Origin: a bacterium
GTDB taxonomy: Bacteria; Patescibacteriota; Minisyncoccia; Moranbacterales; UBA2206
Length of the DNA: 64,000 bases
Assembly: GCA_021788105.1 (NCBI GenBank)
Contig: JAJYKZ010000001.1
Coordinates: 19,333-83,332, forward strand
Direction of reading: 5' to 3'
The position numbers were made by a program, and so were the translations under genes. This document shows positions 1-9,036 of this stretch, piece by piece. The stretch's first letter is position 1, and each line of letters starts with the position of its first letter. The notes below the pieces were generated by a model. It made no database searches. It saw only the letters and a list, made by a program, of their open reading frames with translations, and was not told the DNA's origin.

Positions 1-258
1 GAGCTGGGAAACTCCAATAACAATCTGCGATTGAAAGAATTGGAAAATAGAGTCAAAGAAAGAAATGTTGAAGAAGTAATTCTGGCCACCAATCCAACCA
101 CGGAGGGCGATGCGACTGCTCTTTATGTGACAAGAATTCTAAAACCGTTTAATATAAAAATAACGAGGCTGGCAAGAGGACTCGCGACAGGCGGCGACAT
201 CGAATACGCCGACGAAATCACTTTGAGCTCGGCCTTGACAAACAGGAGAGAAATGTAA
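1..258 (+). CDS. recR: Recombination protein RecR, C-terminal part (5' end outside window)
   Basis: Frame open from nt 1. Translation ...[24 protein letters not shown]...[16 protein letters not shown] matches the RecR Toprim/C-terminal region. Confidence 0.75.
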   Translation, partial: ELGNSNNNLRLKELENRVKERNVEEVILATNPTTEGDATALYVTRILKPFNIKITRLARGLATGGDIEYADEITLSSALTNRREM

Positions 259-302
259 TAATAAATCAACTTTCACAGGGCAGCAACTTAGCAAGTAACG
301 TC

Positions 303-347
303 CATAAAAAAATCCCCCAGATTTATCTGTTCTGCGGGGATTTTTTT
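303..347. terminator. Bidirectional intrinsic terminator between convergent recR(+) and rplU(-)
   Basis: Inverted repeat aaatcccccaga...tctgcggggattt, flanked by an A-run upstream and a T-run downstream. Confidence 0.5.
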
Positions 348-363
348 ATTGCAAAAAAGATTT

Positions 364-669
364 TTAAATCTTAATTATTTCCACTTCCGTCATAATTTGC
401 CGATGTCCGAATTTCACGCTATATCTTTTTTTGGCTTTGTGTTTGATTCCGACCACTTTCTTGCCTTGCGCAGTCTTCAGAATTTTTCCTTCAACAGTTG
501 CCCCCTTTACGACCGGAGTGCCAACTTTTACGCTTTTATCATCGCCCAAAAATAGAACTTCATCGAAAGTAATTACGCTTCCCTCTTCGCCTTCCAACTT
601 TTCCACTTTAATTTTATCTCCGGCCTTTACTTTGTACTGCTTTCCGCCAGTTTTTATAATCGCTAACAT
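364..669 (-). CDS. rplU: 50S ribosomal protein L21
   Basis: MLAIIKTGGKQYKVKAGDKIKVEKL... is the canonical L21 N-terminus. Start taken at the internal ATG at 669 rather than the ORF-track start at 756. Confidence 0.85.
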   Translation of the reverse strand: MLAIIKTGGKQYKVKAGDKIKVEKLEGEEGSVITFDEVLFLGDDKSVKVGTPVVKGATVEGKILKTAQGKKVVGIKHKAKKRYSVKFGHRQIMTEVEIIKI

Positions 670-764
670 AATAAATCGATAATTAGTTACGTAAGCTAGT
701 ATACAGCCTTTTCCGCTCGCTGTCAACTGGACAAAACATTTTTTTCGAGTTACCATACAGGCGT

Positions 765-2309
765 ATGGAAAAAATAAAAAGAACTATCTTCTTCTGGACT
801 CTCGTGGTCTTATTTTTTATAATATCACCTATCGTCATCCTGCGGGCCCGAGGCTACCGCTTCGATTCCAAGCGAGGCGTTTTCGTGCATAGCGGCGCCA
901 TCAGCATCAAATCCAACCCGCAAGATTTCAGCGTAAACTTAAACGGAAAGCAGATCACTTCCAAAACTCTCAACCGCATAAATAATTCCTATGCCATAAA
1001 CGGCCTGCTTCCCGGAAGCTATTCAGTCTCCATCAGTGCGCCGGGATTCCAAACTTGGACCAAATCCACAGACGTCCACAGCGGCCTGGCCAGTGAATTC
1101 TGGAACGTTCTTTTGGTGAGAAACAGCTACCAGCGAACCGACTATGGCGCTTCCGGGATAGGCAAATTTTTCATTTCTCCCAAAAATGATCTTGTTGCCT
1201 ACGCTCAAAATTCCGACTCGGGACTTAATGTTAAAATTTTAAACATAGGCAATAAAAATACAATAAACAGTTTTGATATTCCCGACTGGAAATTAATCGA
1301 TTCTTCCAAAGATTTGAACATCGAGTGGTCGCCGGACGAAAATTATATTTCCATTCCCGTCCAGCAGACTTCCGAATCCGTTAAAACCGAATTGCAAAAC
1401 TACCGATACGTTAAAGTAACCGCGCAAAAAACTTCCTATGCCTATTTTATTGCCAATCTATCCGGCAGCAATGCCAATGCCGCTCCGTTCAATCTGAATG
1501 AATTTTTGGGAGAAAAAGATTTAACCGATGTCCGCTGGGACCCGTCCAACAAAGGATACTTATTTTTCCTCAGTGACAGCACTCTTTATCGCGCCGACGT
1601 TACGGATAAAAATAATATTACTGCGATTGCTTCGAATGTTTCCAGCTATGATTTGTCAAACTCCAGCCTATATTACACGCAGTCGCCAAATGAATTGGTT
1701 TACAAAACAAGCTACGACGGAAAAGCGGGAACAACCCAGATCACCACCGCTTTCCCCGAATCGCCGGCCATTCCTACTGGCAGACTGATAGTTTATGACG
1801 ACTCGCGCATCGCCTTCATAAGCTCCAACAAAGATTTGTTTATATATAATCAAGGCGACCACAATGATTATTTCAAGAAATTGGGAAACAACATTGAGGG
1901 AGTCCAATTTTCCAACGATGGGAAAAAATTGCTTTTCTGGACAAACAATGAAATTTCCGTTTATTTTCTGCGAGATTGGAATACCCAGCCGGCAAGAAAT
2001 GAAGACGAGACTGACGACATTACCCGCTATTCCGGCTCTGTCAGCAATGTCCAGTGGTTCAAGGATTATGAGCATGTAATTTTCAGCGTCGGATCGCAAA
2101 TAAAGATAATCGAACTCGATTCCAGAGACCACAGAAATTCAATGGATTTTCCGCAAACCAGCCTGGGCAATACCTCGGTCGTCTACAACGGCTCGCTGGA
2201 AAAATTATTCTTCACCGATAACAAAAATAATTCTTCGGATCTTTTTTCCATCAACTTTCCGGAAGCAATCCCGCTTATCAACCTGAGTCCCAGCGCCTTG
2301 GGATTGTAG
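765..2309 (+). CDS. Hypothetical membrane-anchored protein, probably a beta-propeller (PD40/TolB-like repeats)
   Basis: N-terminal TM helix (IFFWTLVVLFFIISPIVIL). Repeated WSPD/FSNDGK-type motifs and a Ser/Asn-rich repetitive beta-rich sequence. Confidence 0.45.
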   Translation: MEKIKRTIFFWTLVVLFFIISPIVILRARGYRFDSKRGVFVHSGAISIKSNPQDFSVNLNGKQITSKTLNRINNSYAINGLLPGSYSVSISAPGFQTWTKSTDVHSGLASEFWNVLLVRNSYQRTDYGASGIGKFFISPKNDLVAYAQNSDSGLNVKILNIGNKNTINSFDIPDWKLIDSSKDLNIEWSPDENYISIPVQQTSESVKTELQNYRYVKVTAQKTSYAYFIANLSGSNANAAPFNLNEFLGEKDLTDVRWDPSNKGYLFFLSDSTLYRADVTDKNNITAIASNVSSYDLSNSSLYYTQSPNELVYKTSYDGKAGTTQITTAFPESPAIPTGRLIVYDDSRIAFISSNKDLFIYNQGDHNDYFKKLGNNIEGVQFSNDGKKLLFWTNNEISVYFLRDWNTQPARNEDETDDITRYSGSVSNVQWFKDYEHVIFSVGSQIKIIELDSRDHRNSMDFPQTSLGNTSVVYNGSLEKLFFTDNKNNSSDLFSINFPEAIPLINLSPSALGL

Positions 2310-2321
2310 GAAATAGTATAT

Positions 2322-2358
2322 AGGCAAAACTAAAAAAGAAGCCCTGAGCTTCTTTTTT
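2322..2358. terminator. Bidirectional hairpin terminator between the hypothetical gene (+) and rpsI (-)
   Basis: aaaaaagaagccctgagcttctttttttt: 7 bp GC-containing stem with flanking A/T runs. Confidence 0.45.
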
Positions 2359-2386
2359 TTAGTTTAATAAAAAATAGTAATTCGTT

Positions 2387-2887
2387 CTAGCGCTTCGCCC
2401 ACTGCGGACTTCTTCTGGCTTTCTTAAGTCCAGGCTTCTTTCTTTCCACCGCTCTTGAGTCACGAGTCAAAAATCCAAGATCCTTGAGAGCTTTAGTGAA
2501 GGTCTGGTCAAATTTGACCAGCGCTCTGGCCATGCCCAATCTTACCGCTTCCGCCTGAGAACTGACTCCTCCGCCATAAACTTTAGCCGAGATATTAAAT
2601 TTCCCTTCCTGTCCCGCGCCAATCAACGGATCTTTGACGGTATTCTGCAATCTGGCTATCGGAAAATAAACATCCAGTTCTTTCTCATTCACAATAATTT
2701 TGGATTTTCCATCTTTAGCAGCCGGATAAATTCTTACTTGAGCCACTGAAGTTTTTCTTTTGCCGACCGCGTAAAAATATTCGCCAGAAAATACCGCGGA
2801 AACTTCCTTAATTTCTTTTGCCTCCTTGGCCGGACTGGCTTTGGGAGATTCTTTTTTAACTTTTTTTGCAACTTTTTTTACTGCCAT
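2387..2887 (-). CDS. rpsI: 30S ribosomal protein S9 with a ~37 aa lysine-rich N-terminal extension
   Basis: YFYAVGKRKTSVAQVRI...GGGVSSQAEAVRLGMARAL...RKKPGLKKARRSPQWAKR matches S9, including the C-terminal tail. Confidence 0.9.
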   Translation of the reverse strand: MAVKKVAKKVKKESPKASPAKEAKEIKEVSAVFSGEYFYAVGKRKTSVAQVRIYPAAKDGKSKIIVNEKELDVYFPIARLQNTVKDPLIGAGQEGKFNISAKVYGGGVSSQAEAVRLGMARALVKFDQTFTKALKDLGFLTRDSRAVERKKPGLKKARRSPQWAKR

Positions 2888-2916
2888 ATCGATAAGGTTA
2901 AAATTTCAAATTTAAA

Positions 2917-3345
2917 TTATTTATGCGTTACATCAATCTTATGCTTATGTTCAGCATTTTTATATATCAAAAGCCTCCTCATCATCTTGTCTCGCAATTT
3001 GTTCTTGCTAAGCATTCCGGCTATGGCCGACTCGATAATTTTTCGAGAATCTTTTTTCATCTGATCCTTAAGTTTTATAGAAGTGATGCCGCCCGGATAA
3101 CCGCTGAAATGATGATAAACTTTTCCCTCCATTTTGTTTCCGCTGACTACCAATCTATCAGAATTGACAACCACCACAAAATCCCCTCCGTCAATGTGCG
3201 GAGTAAAATCTACTTTGTTCTTCCCGCGCAAAACCGCCGCTATTTCCGTAGCCAGACGCCCAAGAATCTTTCCTTCCGCATCAAATAGATGATATTTTCT
3301 CTGGATATTTTTATTGACTGTTTTTTTCTTAATCTCGTTCATATT
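2917..3345 (-). CDS. rplM: 50S ribosomal protein L13 (start could instead be the upstream ATG at 3366)
   Basis: KYHLFDAEGKILGRLATEIAAVLRGKNK...HHFSGYPGGI matches L13. Confidence 0.85.
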   Translation of the reverse strand, partial: NMNEIKKKTVNKNIQRKYHLFDAEGKILGRLATEIAAVLRGKNKVDFTPHIDGGDFVVVVNSDRLVVSGNKMEGKVYHHFSGYPGGITSIKLKDQMKKDSRKIIESAIAGMLSKNKLRDKMMRRLLIYKNAEHKHKIDVTHK

Positions 3346-3349
3346 TTTA

Positions 3350-3715
3350 TTAATCAACAAATTCAATTATTGCCATCTTAGCGCTATCAGTTTTTCTCGG
3401 AGCAAGCTTGACCACTCGAGTGTATCCGCTGTTTCTCGCAGAAAATTTTTCGATAAATTCTCCAGTGATTTTTTTCACTGCCGCTGCCGGCAAAATATTT
3501 TTCAAATCCCGAATAATCGCCACTTTTACTTCCGCGTTCTTGGATTTTTTAGCCTTGTTTATAATTTTATCGATCATTCCCTTGATTTCTTTAGCCTTGG
3601 CTTCGGTAGTCTTGATTTTTTCATGCAAAATCAAACTGTCCAACAGCGCTTTCATCAGGGCCTTTCTCTGATTTTTTACTCGGCCAAATTTTCTTCCTTT
3701 TCTTTGATGATTCAT
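3350..3715 (-). CDS. rplQ: 50S ribosomal protein L17
   Basis: MNHQRKGRKFGRVKNQRKALMKAL...HEKIKTTEAKAKE matches L17. Start taken at the internal ATG at 3715. Confidence 0.85.
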   Translation of the reverse strand: MNHQRKGRKFGRVKNQRKALMKALLDSLILHEKIKTTEAKAKEIKGMIDKIINKAKKSKNAEVKVAIIRDLKNILPAAAVKKITGEFIEKFSARNSGYTRVVKLAPRKTDSAKMAIIEFVD

Positions 3716-3831
3716 AGTGTCTAAATCGCTGGTTATCACATGAATTCACGTGATTTCACAGATACACTTTATAACATATTAAAATAAAATCATGCGCAAT
3801 CAGAAAAATCAGTGCGAATCAGTGGTTCTGA

Positions 3832-4809
3832 TTATTTCTCTTGTTTGAGGTTCAGTCCGAAATCTCCAACAGCTTTTTTAATTTCTTTCACACCCTTGGC
3901 GCCCATGCCTTCCAAATCGCTAAGCTGTGTTTCGGTCATTTTTACAATTTCACCAATTGTTTTAATGCCGCTTTTTTCCAGCACATTAAGCGTTCTGGTT
4001 GAAAGATTTTTCAGCTCAACCACCTCGATTTTTTTCGGATCTTCTTTTTCAACCTCGGAAACCTCCGCAATCTCTTCCTTTGCTTCCGCTTTCTCCTCAG
4101 ACACCGTCTCTTCTTTTTCAACTTTTTCTATGCTGGAAAGAGTCGAGAATTGATCAACCAAAATCGCAACTGCCCTGGAAAAAGCCTCTTGCGGATCAAT
4201 ACTTCCGTCAGTCACAATGTCCAACGTAATTCTTTCAAAATCAGTCCTTTTTCCGACGCGCATATTGTCAACCGCATAATTAACCCGGCGGATCGGAGTG
4301 TAGATAGCATCAACCGCAATTACTCCGATTTCTTTTTCTCCTCGATCCTGCTGTTCGACCGGAACATAACCGATTCCTGTATTAATTTCCATTTCAATTT
4401 CAATCTCTCCCTTAGGGCTGGTAATCGTTGCAATGTGGGCGTCTTTAGTAATAACTTCAACATCGGACGGACATTCAATCATTCCGGCCGTAACGGTTTT
4501 TTCTCCTTTTGCCTTTAACACTACAGTCACCGATTCGTCTTTATAGGATTTGAAGCGCACCTGCTTCAAGTTTAAAATCACTTGAATCACATCTTCCAAA
4601 ACATTAGGAATAGTGGAAAATTCATGAGTCACGCCCTTAATTTTTACGGAAGTGATCGCCGCTCCGGAAAGAGAAGAAAGAAGCACCCTGCGGAGAGCAT
4701 TTCCCAGGGTTGTACCGTAGCCCGGATAGCATCCTTCGATTTCAAATTTCCCCGACTTGCCGTCAACTTTGATGAATTTGGGTTTTTGAGGGAGAGTTAT
4801 GGATTGCAT
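3832..4809 (-). CDS. rpoA: DNA-directed RNA polymerase subunit alpha
   Basis: CYPGYGTTLGNALRRVLLSSLSGAAITSVKIKGVTHEFSTIPNV is the RpoA NTD. An acidic linker is followed by the CTD (KNLSTRTLNVLEKSGIKTIGEI...LEGMGAKG). Confidence 0.9.
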   Translation of the reverse strand: MQSITLPQKPKFIKVDGKSGKFEIEGCYPGYGTTLGNALRRVLLSSLSGAAITSVKIKGVTHEFSTIPNVLEDVIQVILNLKQVRFKSYKDESVTVVLKAKGEKTVTAGMIECPSDVEVITKDAHIATITSPKGEIEIEMEINTGIGYVPVEQQDRGEKEIGVIAVDAIYTPIRRVNYAVDNMRVGKRTDFERITLDIVTDGSIDPQEAFSRAVAILVDQFSTLSSIEKVEKEETVSEEKAEAKEEIAEVSEVEKEDPKKIEVVELKNLSTRTLNVLEKSGIKTIGEIVKMTETQLSDLEGMGAKGVKEIKKAVGDFGLNLKQEK

Positions 4810-4859
4810 AATTTTTCTTGCCCCGCCGAAGCGGGGATTACTTATTAATTAAAGAAATT

Positions 4860-5492
4860 TTATCTTGAGTAATATTCGACCACCACCTGAGGATCAACAT
4901 TGATTCCAATTTCGTCTTTTTTCGGTTCTCCCGTAACCTTTCCTTCCATCTTGGACGCATCAAAACTGATCCAGCTTGGAAAGTCTTTCTTATTTTTCAA
5001 AACTTGTTCGATATTCTTGAAATAATTTTTTTCCTTTTTCGATTGTTTGATGGAAACCACGTCTCCGATTTTTACGGCATATGAAGGGATGCTGAGTTTT
5101 TTTCCATTAACAGCAACCAAGCCATGATTGACTAATTGCCTGGCCTGGGCTCTGGATCCGGCCAGCCCCAGCTTGTAAACTACATTATCCAATCTCATTT
5201 CCAAACGGGCAATAAGAAGATCGCCTGCCGCTCCATGCTTATGCTTAACATCTTCAAAATGCTTTCTGAACTGCCTTTCCATTACGCCGTAAATTCTTTT
5301 TATCTTCTGTTTTTCCGCCAGCTGCATTCCATACTCACTGGATCCTTTGGTAGTTTTCTTGCCATGGACTCCGGGCGCGTACGCGCGTCTGACCACTCCG
5401 CATTTAGGAGAAAAACAGCGATCGCCTTTAAGGAAAAGCTTTTCGCCGGCTCTTCTACACTTTCTGCATTTTGCATCTATGCTTCTTGCCAT
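4860..5492 (-). CDS. rpsD: 30S ribosomal protein S4
   Basis: MARSIDAKCRKCRRAGEKLFLKGDRC... is the S4 zinc-ribbon N-terminus plus an S4 RNA-binding domain. Confidence 0.9.
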   Translation of the reverse strand: MARSIDAKCRKCRRAGEKLFLKGDRCFSPKCGVVRRAYAPGVHGKKTTKGSSEYGMQLAEKQKIKRIYGVMERQFRKHFEDVKHKHGAAGDLLIARLEMRLDNVVYKLGLAGSRAQARQLVNHGLVAVNGKKLSIPSYAVKIGDVVSIKQSKKEKNYFKNIEQVLKNKKDFPSWISFDASKMEGKVTGEPKKDEIGINVDPQVVVEYYSR

Positions 5493-5538
5493 AATATTTT
5501 AGAAAAATTTGAAACTTTTAAATTTAATTAACGTTATC

Positions 5539-6006
5539 CTATATTCTTCTCGGTTTTTTAGGACGGCAGCCGTTGTGCGGGATCGCGGTTTCGTCCTTGA
5601 TAAGAAGCAGCTCAAATCCGTTATTGGCCAGTGCCCGAATCGAAGCTTCCCTTCCGCTTCCCACGCCTTTGACATAAACTTCCAATTCCTGCACGCCATA
5701 TTTCTTGACCTTTTCACTCACGCTTCCTACGACTTGGGTAGCGGCATAAGGCGTAGCCTTTTTCGCTCCCTTAAACCCCATCATGCCGGAAGAAGCCCAG
5801 CCTAAAATGTTACCGTTCATATCGGAAATATTTACCAGCGTATTGTTATATGTGCATTTGATGTTGGCTTTGCCTTTTAGAATCTGTCTTTTCAATTTTT
5901 TGACTTTCTTTTTCGGTTCTTCCGCAACTTTTCCCGCTTCTAAAACTCCGGGTTTGATTTCCGCTTCTTTTTTAATTTCTTCGGTTGTAACTTTTTCTTC
6001 AGCCAT
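5539..6006 (-). CDS. rpsK: 30S ribosomal protein S11 with a ~27 aa N-terminal extension
   Basis: ANIKCTYNNTLVNISDMNGNILGWASSG...YAATQ matches S11. Confidence 0.9.
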   Translation of the reverse strand: MAEEKVTTEEIKKEAEIKPGVLEAGKVAEEPKKKVKKLKRQILKGKANIKCTYNNTLVNISDMNGNILGWASSGMMGFKGAKKATPYAATQVVGSVSEKVKKYGVQELEVYVKGVGSGREASIRALANNGFELLLIKDETAIPHNGCRPKKPRRI

Positions 6007-6064
6007 TATTTTTCTAAATTAAAATTATTTCAAAATTTAAAATTCGAAATTCATAATTAAAAAA

Positions 6065-6451
6065 TTATGTCTTTTCCGTCTTAACCCTTCCGCTTCCCAT
6101 GGTCCTGCGAACATTGCCCCGAATAGTCCGGCTGTTTGTTTTGGTTCTCTGTCCCCTGACCGGCAAACCTCGCTGATGTCTGATTCCGCGGTAAGACCCG
6201 ACTTCTTTCAGGCGCTTAACATTGCTCCTGATTTCATGTTTCAATTCTCCTTCAACCCTGATCTTCTTTTCTACCATATCACGTATGGAATTCTGCTCTT
6301 TTTCGGTCAAATCCTTAGTTCTTTTGTCTGCGGAAATCCCCAGCTCGCCCAAAATTTTTGACGCAGTCGAAGACCCTATTCCATAAACATAGGTTAAAGA
6401 AATTTCTATTCTTTTATCATCAGGTATATTTACTCCGGCGATTCTCAACAT
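6065..6451 (-). CDS. rpsM: 30S ribosomal protein S13
   Basis: [26 protein letters not shown] matches S13. Confidence 0.9.
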   Translation of the reverse strand: MLRIAGVNIPDDKRIEISLTYVYGIGSSTASKILGELGISADKRTKDLTEKEQNSIRDMVEKKIRVEGELKHEIRSNVKRLKEVGSYRGIRHQRGLPVRGQRTKTNSRTIRGNVRRTMGSGRVKTEKT

Positions 6452-6503
6452 AATATTATAAAAAAATTTAAAATTTTAAATTTAAAATTTAAAATTATTG
6501 TCA

Positions 6504-6617
6504 TTATCCCTGGCGCTGCTTGTGCTTCGGATTGGAACAGATAACATAAAGCTTGCCTTTTCTTTTTACAAGCTTGCATTTGTCACAGATTTTTTTAACG
6601 GATGCTCTTACTTTCAT
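6504..6617 (-). CDS. rpmJ: 50S ribosomal protein L36 (37 aa; below the ORF-track cutoff)
   Basis: Minus-strand translation from the ATG at 6617 gives [37 protein letters not shown]. This is canonical L36 with its Cys/His zinc ribbon. Confidence 0.85.
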   Translation of the reverse strand: MKVRASVKKICDKCKLVKRKGKLYVICSNPKHKQRQG

Positions 6618-6620
6618 AAT

Positions 6621-6842
6621 TTATTTTAATCTTTGAATTATTCTTCCTTTAGTCAAATCATAGGGACTCATTTCAACCAAAACCCGATCGCCTGGAAGGA
6701 GCCGGATGTAATTCACTCTCATTCTCCCCGAAATGTGGGCCAGAATAATATGGCCGTTGTCCAATTTGACTTTAAAAGTTGTGCTTGGAAGCGTTTCTTC
6801 TACGACGCCCTCCAGCTTGACTAACTCTTTGTCTTGCGACAT
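6621..6842 (-). CDS. infA: Translation initiation factor IF-1
   Basis: [34 protein letters not shown]...[20 protein letters not shown] matches the IF-1 S1-like fold. Confidence 0.9.
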   Translation of the reverse strand: MSQDKELVKLEGVVEETLPSTTFKVKLDNGHIILAHISGRMRVNYIRLLPGDRVLVEMSPYDLTKGRIIQRLK

Positions 6843-7000
6843 AAATTATTTTGAGGTTTCGAAACAAAAAAATAGACGGATAATCCCCCGGGCAAAAGCC
6901 CAGAGCATGAATCAATCCTAATTCGTGAAGTTCTCGCGTCTTCCCTCTATTTGTGGCTTCTATTAACTTTTTTAATGTCTTTAACTATTTTAACAGTTAT

Positions 7001-9004
7001 TTAATTATTGTCAAGAGAAATATTTACGCGATTGGTATAAGACGGAATCCGTCCGGAAATAAAGGTTGGCCAATAGTTGACTTCGACTCGGCTTATGCCA
7101 GGATAAGTCTTTAAATAAGCCTCTAACTGCCCTTCGCTTTTCCCCAAAACTCCCTTCTTTAAATTATCAAGATTAATGCCTGGCAACATTGTCGCCGTTC
7201 CGTGAACGCGAATGGTCAAAATTCCGTTTGCAAAATCGGCATCGGATTTCCCGAATTCCAAAGCAATATTATTTTTCGATATTTGCAAATTATCGGGATT
7301 GTTTTGTTTGATCATATTCTCAACAATGCCCAGTACATCCTCCTGATTGAAAACGATGGCGCTGGCTTTGACATTGGCAGTTATGGAAAAATTGTCAGTT
7401 GCCGTTCCCGAAGAAGCGGAAAGCGCATAGGACGGAGTTCCCATATTAATTGCATCGTCAAGAATAACCACATTTCCCGAATCGCCTTTAATTTTTTGTT
7501 TTACGGCATCGGCTAAATCGGAAGCGAGTTTGTTTTCACCATTGGACACGTCGCTGTCGGAAATAATTTTAACTGTTTCTCCGCTGCTTCCTCCGCCCGC
7601 CATCGCTTGGGATGATTTGGCATAAATCTTAGCATACTTCGCAGTTCCGCTCGCCTTAAATCCTGGAATAGAAAAAGTGCTTGGGCCAATATTATAATCC
7701 GACCCCGAGGCATCTGCCGCTACTTGAGCATCGATCGTGCCCGGCTGAACTTTTCCATTATCTTCAGTCATGCCAGGCACCTCTATGGATTTGACCAGCC
7801 GGAAAATTTTTCCATCGGCAGTTTCAAACCGGGTCGTCGCGACCAAGGGCTGGGAGGCCGGGCTGTATCCGTTATAAATAGTAATGGTTCCGCGCGCTTT
7901 TTGATTGGAAGCTGATCCTCTCCCCGTCGAATCAAACGTTTCGGAGAGCTTCACATTTTCAGAAACAATTTTCACCGGAACGACCTTATTTGACAAATCA
8001 ACTGAAGAAGCCTTGCTGTCGCCTTTGATTTCCGCATCAACCGACTGAGTTTTTCCTTGCGCATAAATGGTTATGTCAGCCCTGGGAACAAAAAGATAAA
8101 GAGCCGCAAGAATTGCAGCTGAAGCAGCGACTGAACCGAACACCCACAAAAATTTTCTAAATTTTCCGGAAACGTCAATTTCGGCGTATTCTTTCTTTTC
8201 TCTGCTTTTTTTGGCTTCCGGCAATTGCTCTTCTTTTTCTGAGAACATTTTTTCTATCCTTCGAACTTTTAAATTTTCCCGCTCGTTTAATTTTGCATGT
8301 TTTTTCTCATCGACTTTTTGAGCCAGACTCCTTTTGACTTTCGGTTTGGGCGGAATTATCTCTTCGTCCGCACCCGGTTCTTCCGCATTTTCGGCGTCCA
8401 ACCTGAGTCCCTGTTTGATGTCTATGTTTCTTATCATATCCATCGATCCTGAAATTTTTCTAGAATTCTTTTTACCGAAAAAAGATTTTTTATTTTTCAA
8501 TTCTTCGCCGATATCCGAAACCAGTTCTTTATTGGTGATTATTTCTTCGCCCGTCTCCTTTTCCATTTCTTCCTTTTCTTCCGGATCGATTGCCGCGTAT
8601 TCCTTTATTTCGTTTTGTCCTTCCGGCCTGTAATATTCAGAAGAACCTATGTCGTCCAGTTTGTTTTTCACTTCCATTCTTTTAATTTCTTTGGCATCCA
8701 GTTTTATCTTCGCTTCTTCGCTCCGGGCGGCGACTTCTTCGCCTTCAATATCGTCCAGTTTTTGTTCGACTAAAATTCCCGTTTTTTCTATCAGCATTTT
8801 TCCCAATTTGTCTTGAGTGACGATTATAATTTCCTTTTTAAGCCTTTCGGCTTCTTTTTTAAGCAGCTTTAAATTAACGATGCTTTGGATAAGCAAGGCT
8901 CTTTTGGGAACGACAATAACAACCTCTTTGACTTTTGCCTTTCTCAGGCGTTCGACAATCGAAGTTATTTCTTCATCTATGTCAATGTAGTAAGTCTGAT
9001 GCAC
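7001..9004 (-). CDS. Hypothetical bitopic membrane protein: ~90 aa conserved N-terminal domain, long charged K/E-rich linker, single TM, ~350 aa extracytoplasmic Ser/Thr/Gly-rich C-terminal domain
   Basis: TM segment FLWVFGSVAASAAILAALYLFV near residue 290. The gene lies immediately downstream of the ftsA-like gene. No recognizable catalytic motifs. Confidence 0.45.
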   Translation of the reverse strand: MHQTYYIDIDEEITSIVERLRKAKVKEVVIVVPKRALLIQSIVNLKLLKKEAERLKKEIIIVTQDKLGKMLIEKTGILVEQKLDDIEGEEVAARSEEAKIKLDAKEIKRMEVKNKLDDIGSSEYYRPEGQNEIKEYAAIDPEEKEEMEKETGEEIITNKELVSDIGEELKNKKSFFGKKNSRKISGSMDMIRNIDIKQGLRLDAENAEEPGADEEIIPPKPKVKRSLAQKVDEKKHAKLNERENLKVRRIEKMFSEKEEQLPEAKKSREKKEYAEIDVSGKFRKFLWVFGSVAASAAILAALYLFVPRADITIYAQGKTQSVDAEIKGDSKASSVDLSNKVVPVKIVSENVKLSETFDSTGRGSASNQKARGTITIYNGYSPASQPLVATTRFETADGKIFRLVKSIEVPGMTEDNGKVQPGTIDAQVAADASGSDYNIGPSTFSIPGFKASGTAKYAKIYAKSSQAMAGGGSSGETVKIISDSDVSNGENKLASDLADAVKQKIKGDSGNVVILDDAINMGTPSYALSASSGTATDNFSITANVKASAIVFNQEDVLGIVENMIKQNNPDNLQISKNNIALEFGKSDADFANGILTIRVHGTATMLPGINLDNLKKGVLGKSEGQLEAYLKTYPGISRVEVNYWPTFISGRIPSYTNRVNISLDNN

Positions 9005-9036
9005 AAAATTTAATTTTAAGGCTAAAATTCAAAATT

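Noticed and set aside
3739-3831. Near-palindrome atcacatgaattcacgtgat upstream of rplQ, considered as an operator
   Set aside because: Imperfect, single occurrence, in an AT-rich intergenic region; insufficient to call.
431-5805. Numerous ORF-track entries antisense to or overlapping the ribosomal protein genes (e.g. 431..682+, 1668..2132-, 2923..3288+, 3314..3724+, 3812..4153+, 5136..5531+)
   Set aside because: These are shadow ORFs in AT-rich coding sequence. The opposite-strand genes have unambiguous conserved products. Similar shadow ORFs occur throughout the window.
6007-6503. AT-rich intergenic segments with reiterated aaatttaaaatt-like motifs (6007..6064, 6452..6503, also 33264..33300), considered as possible CRISPR or satellite repeats
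   Set aside because: Each is under 60 nt with no repeat-spacer periodicity and no palindromic unit. They are low-complexity AT-rich spacers typical of low-GC genomes.
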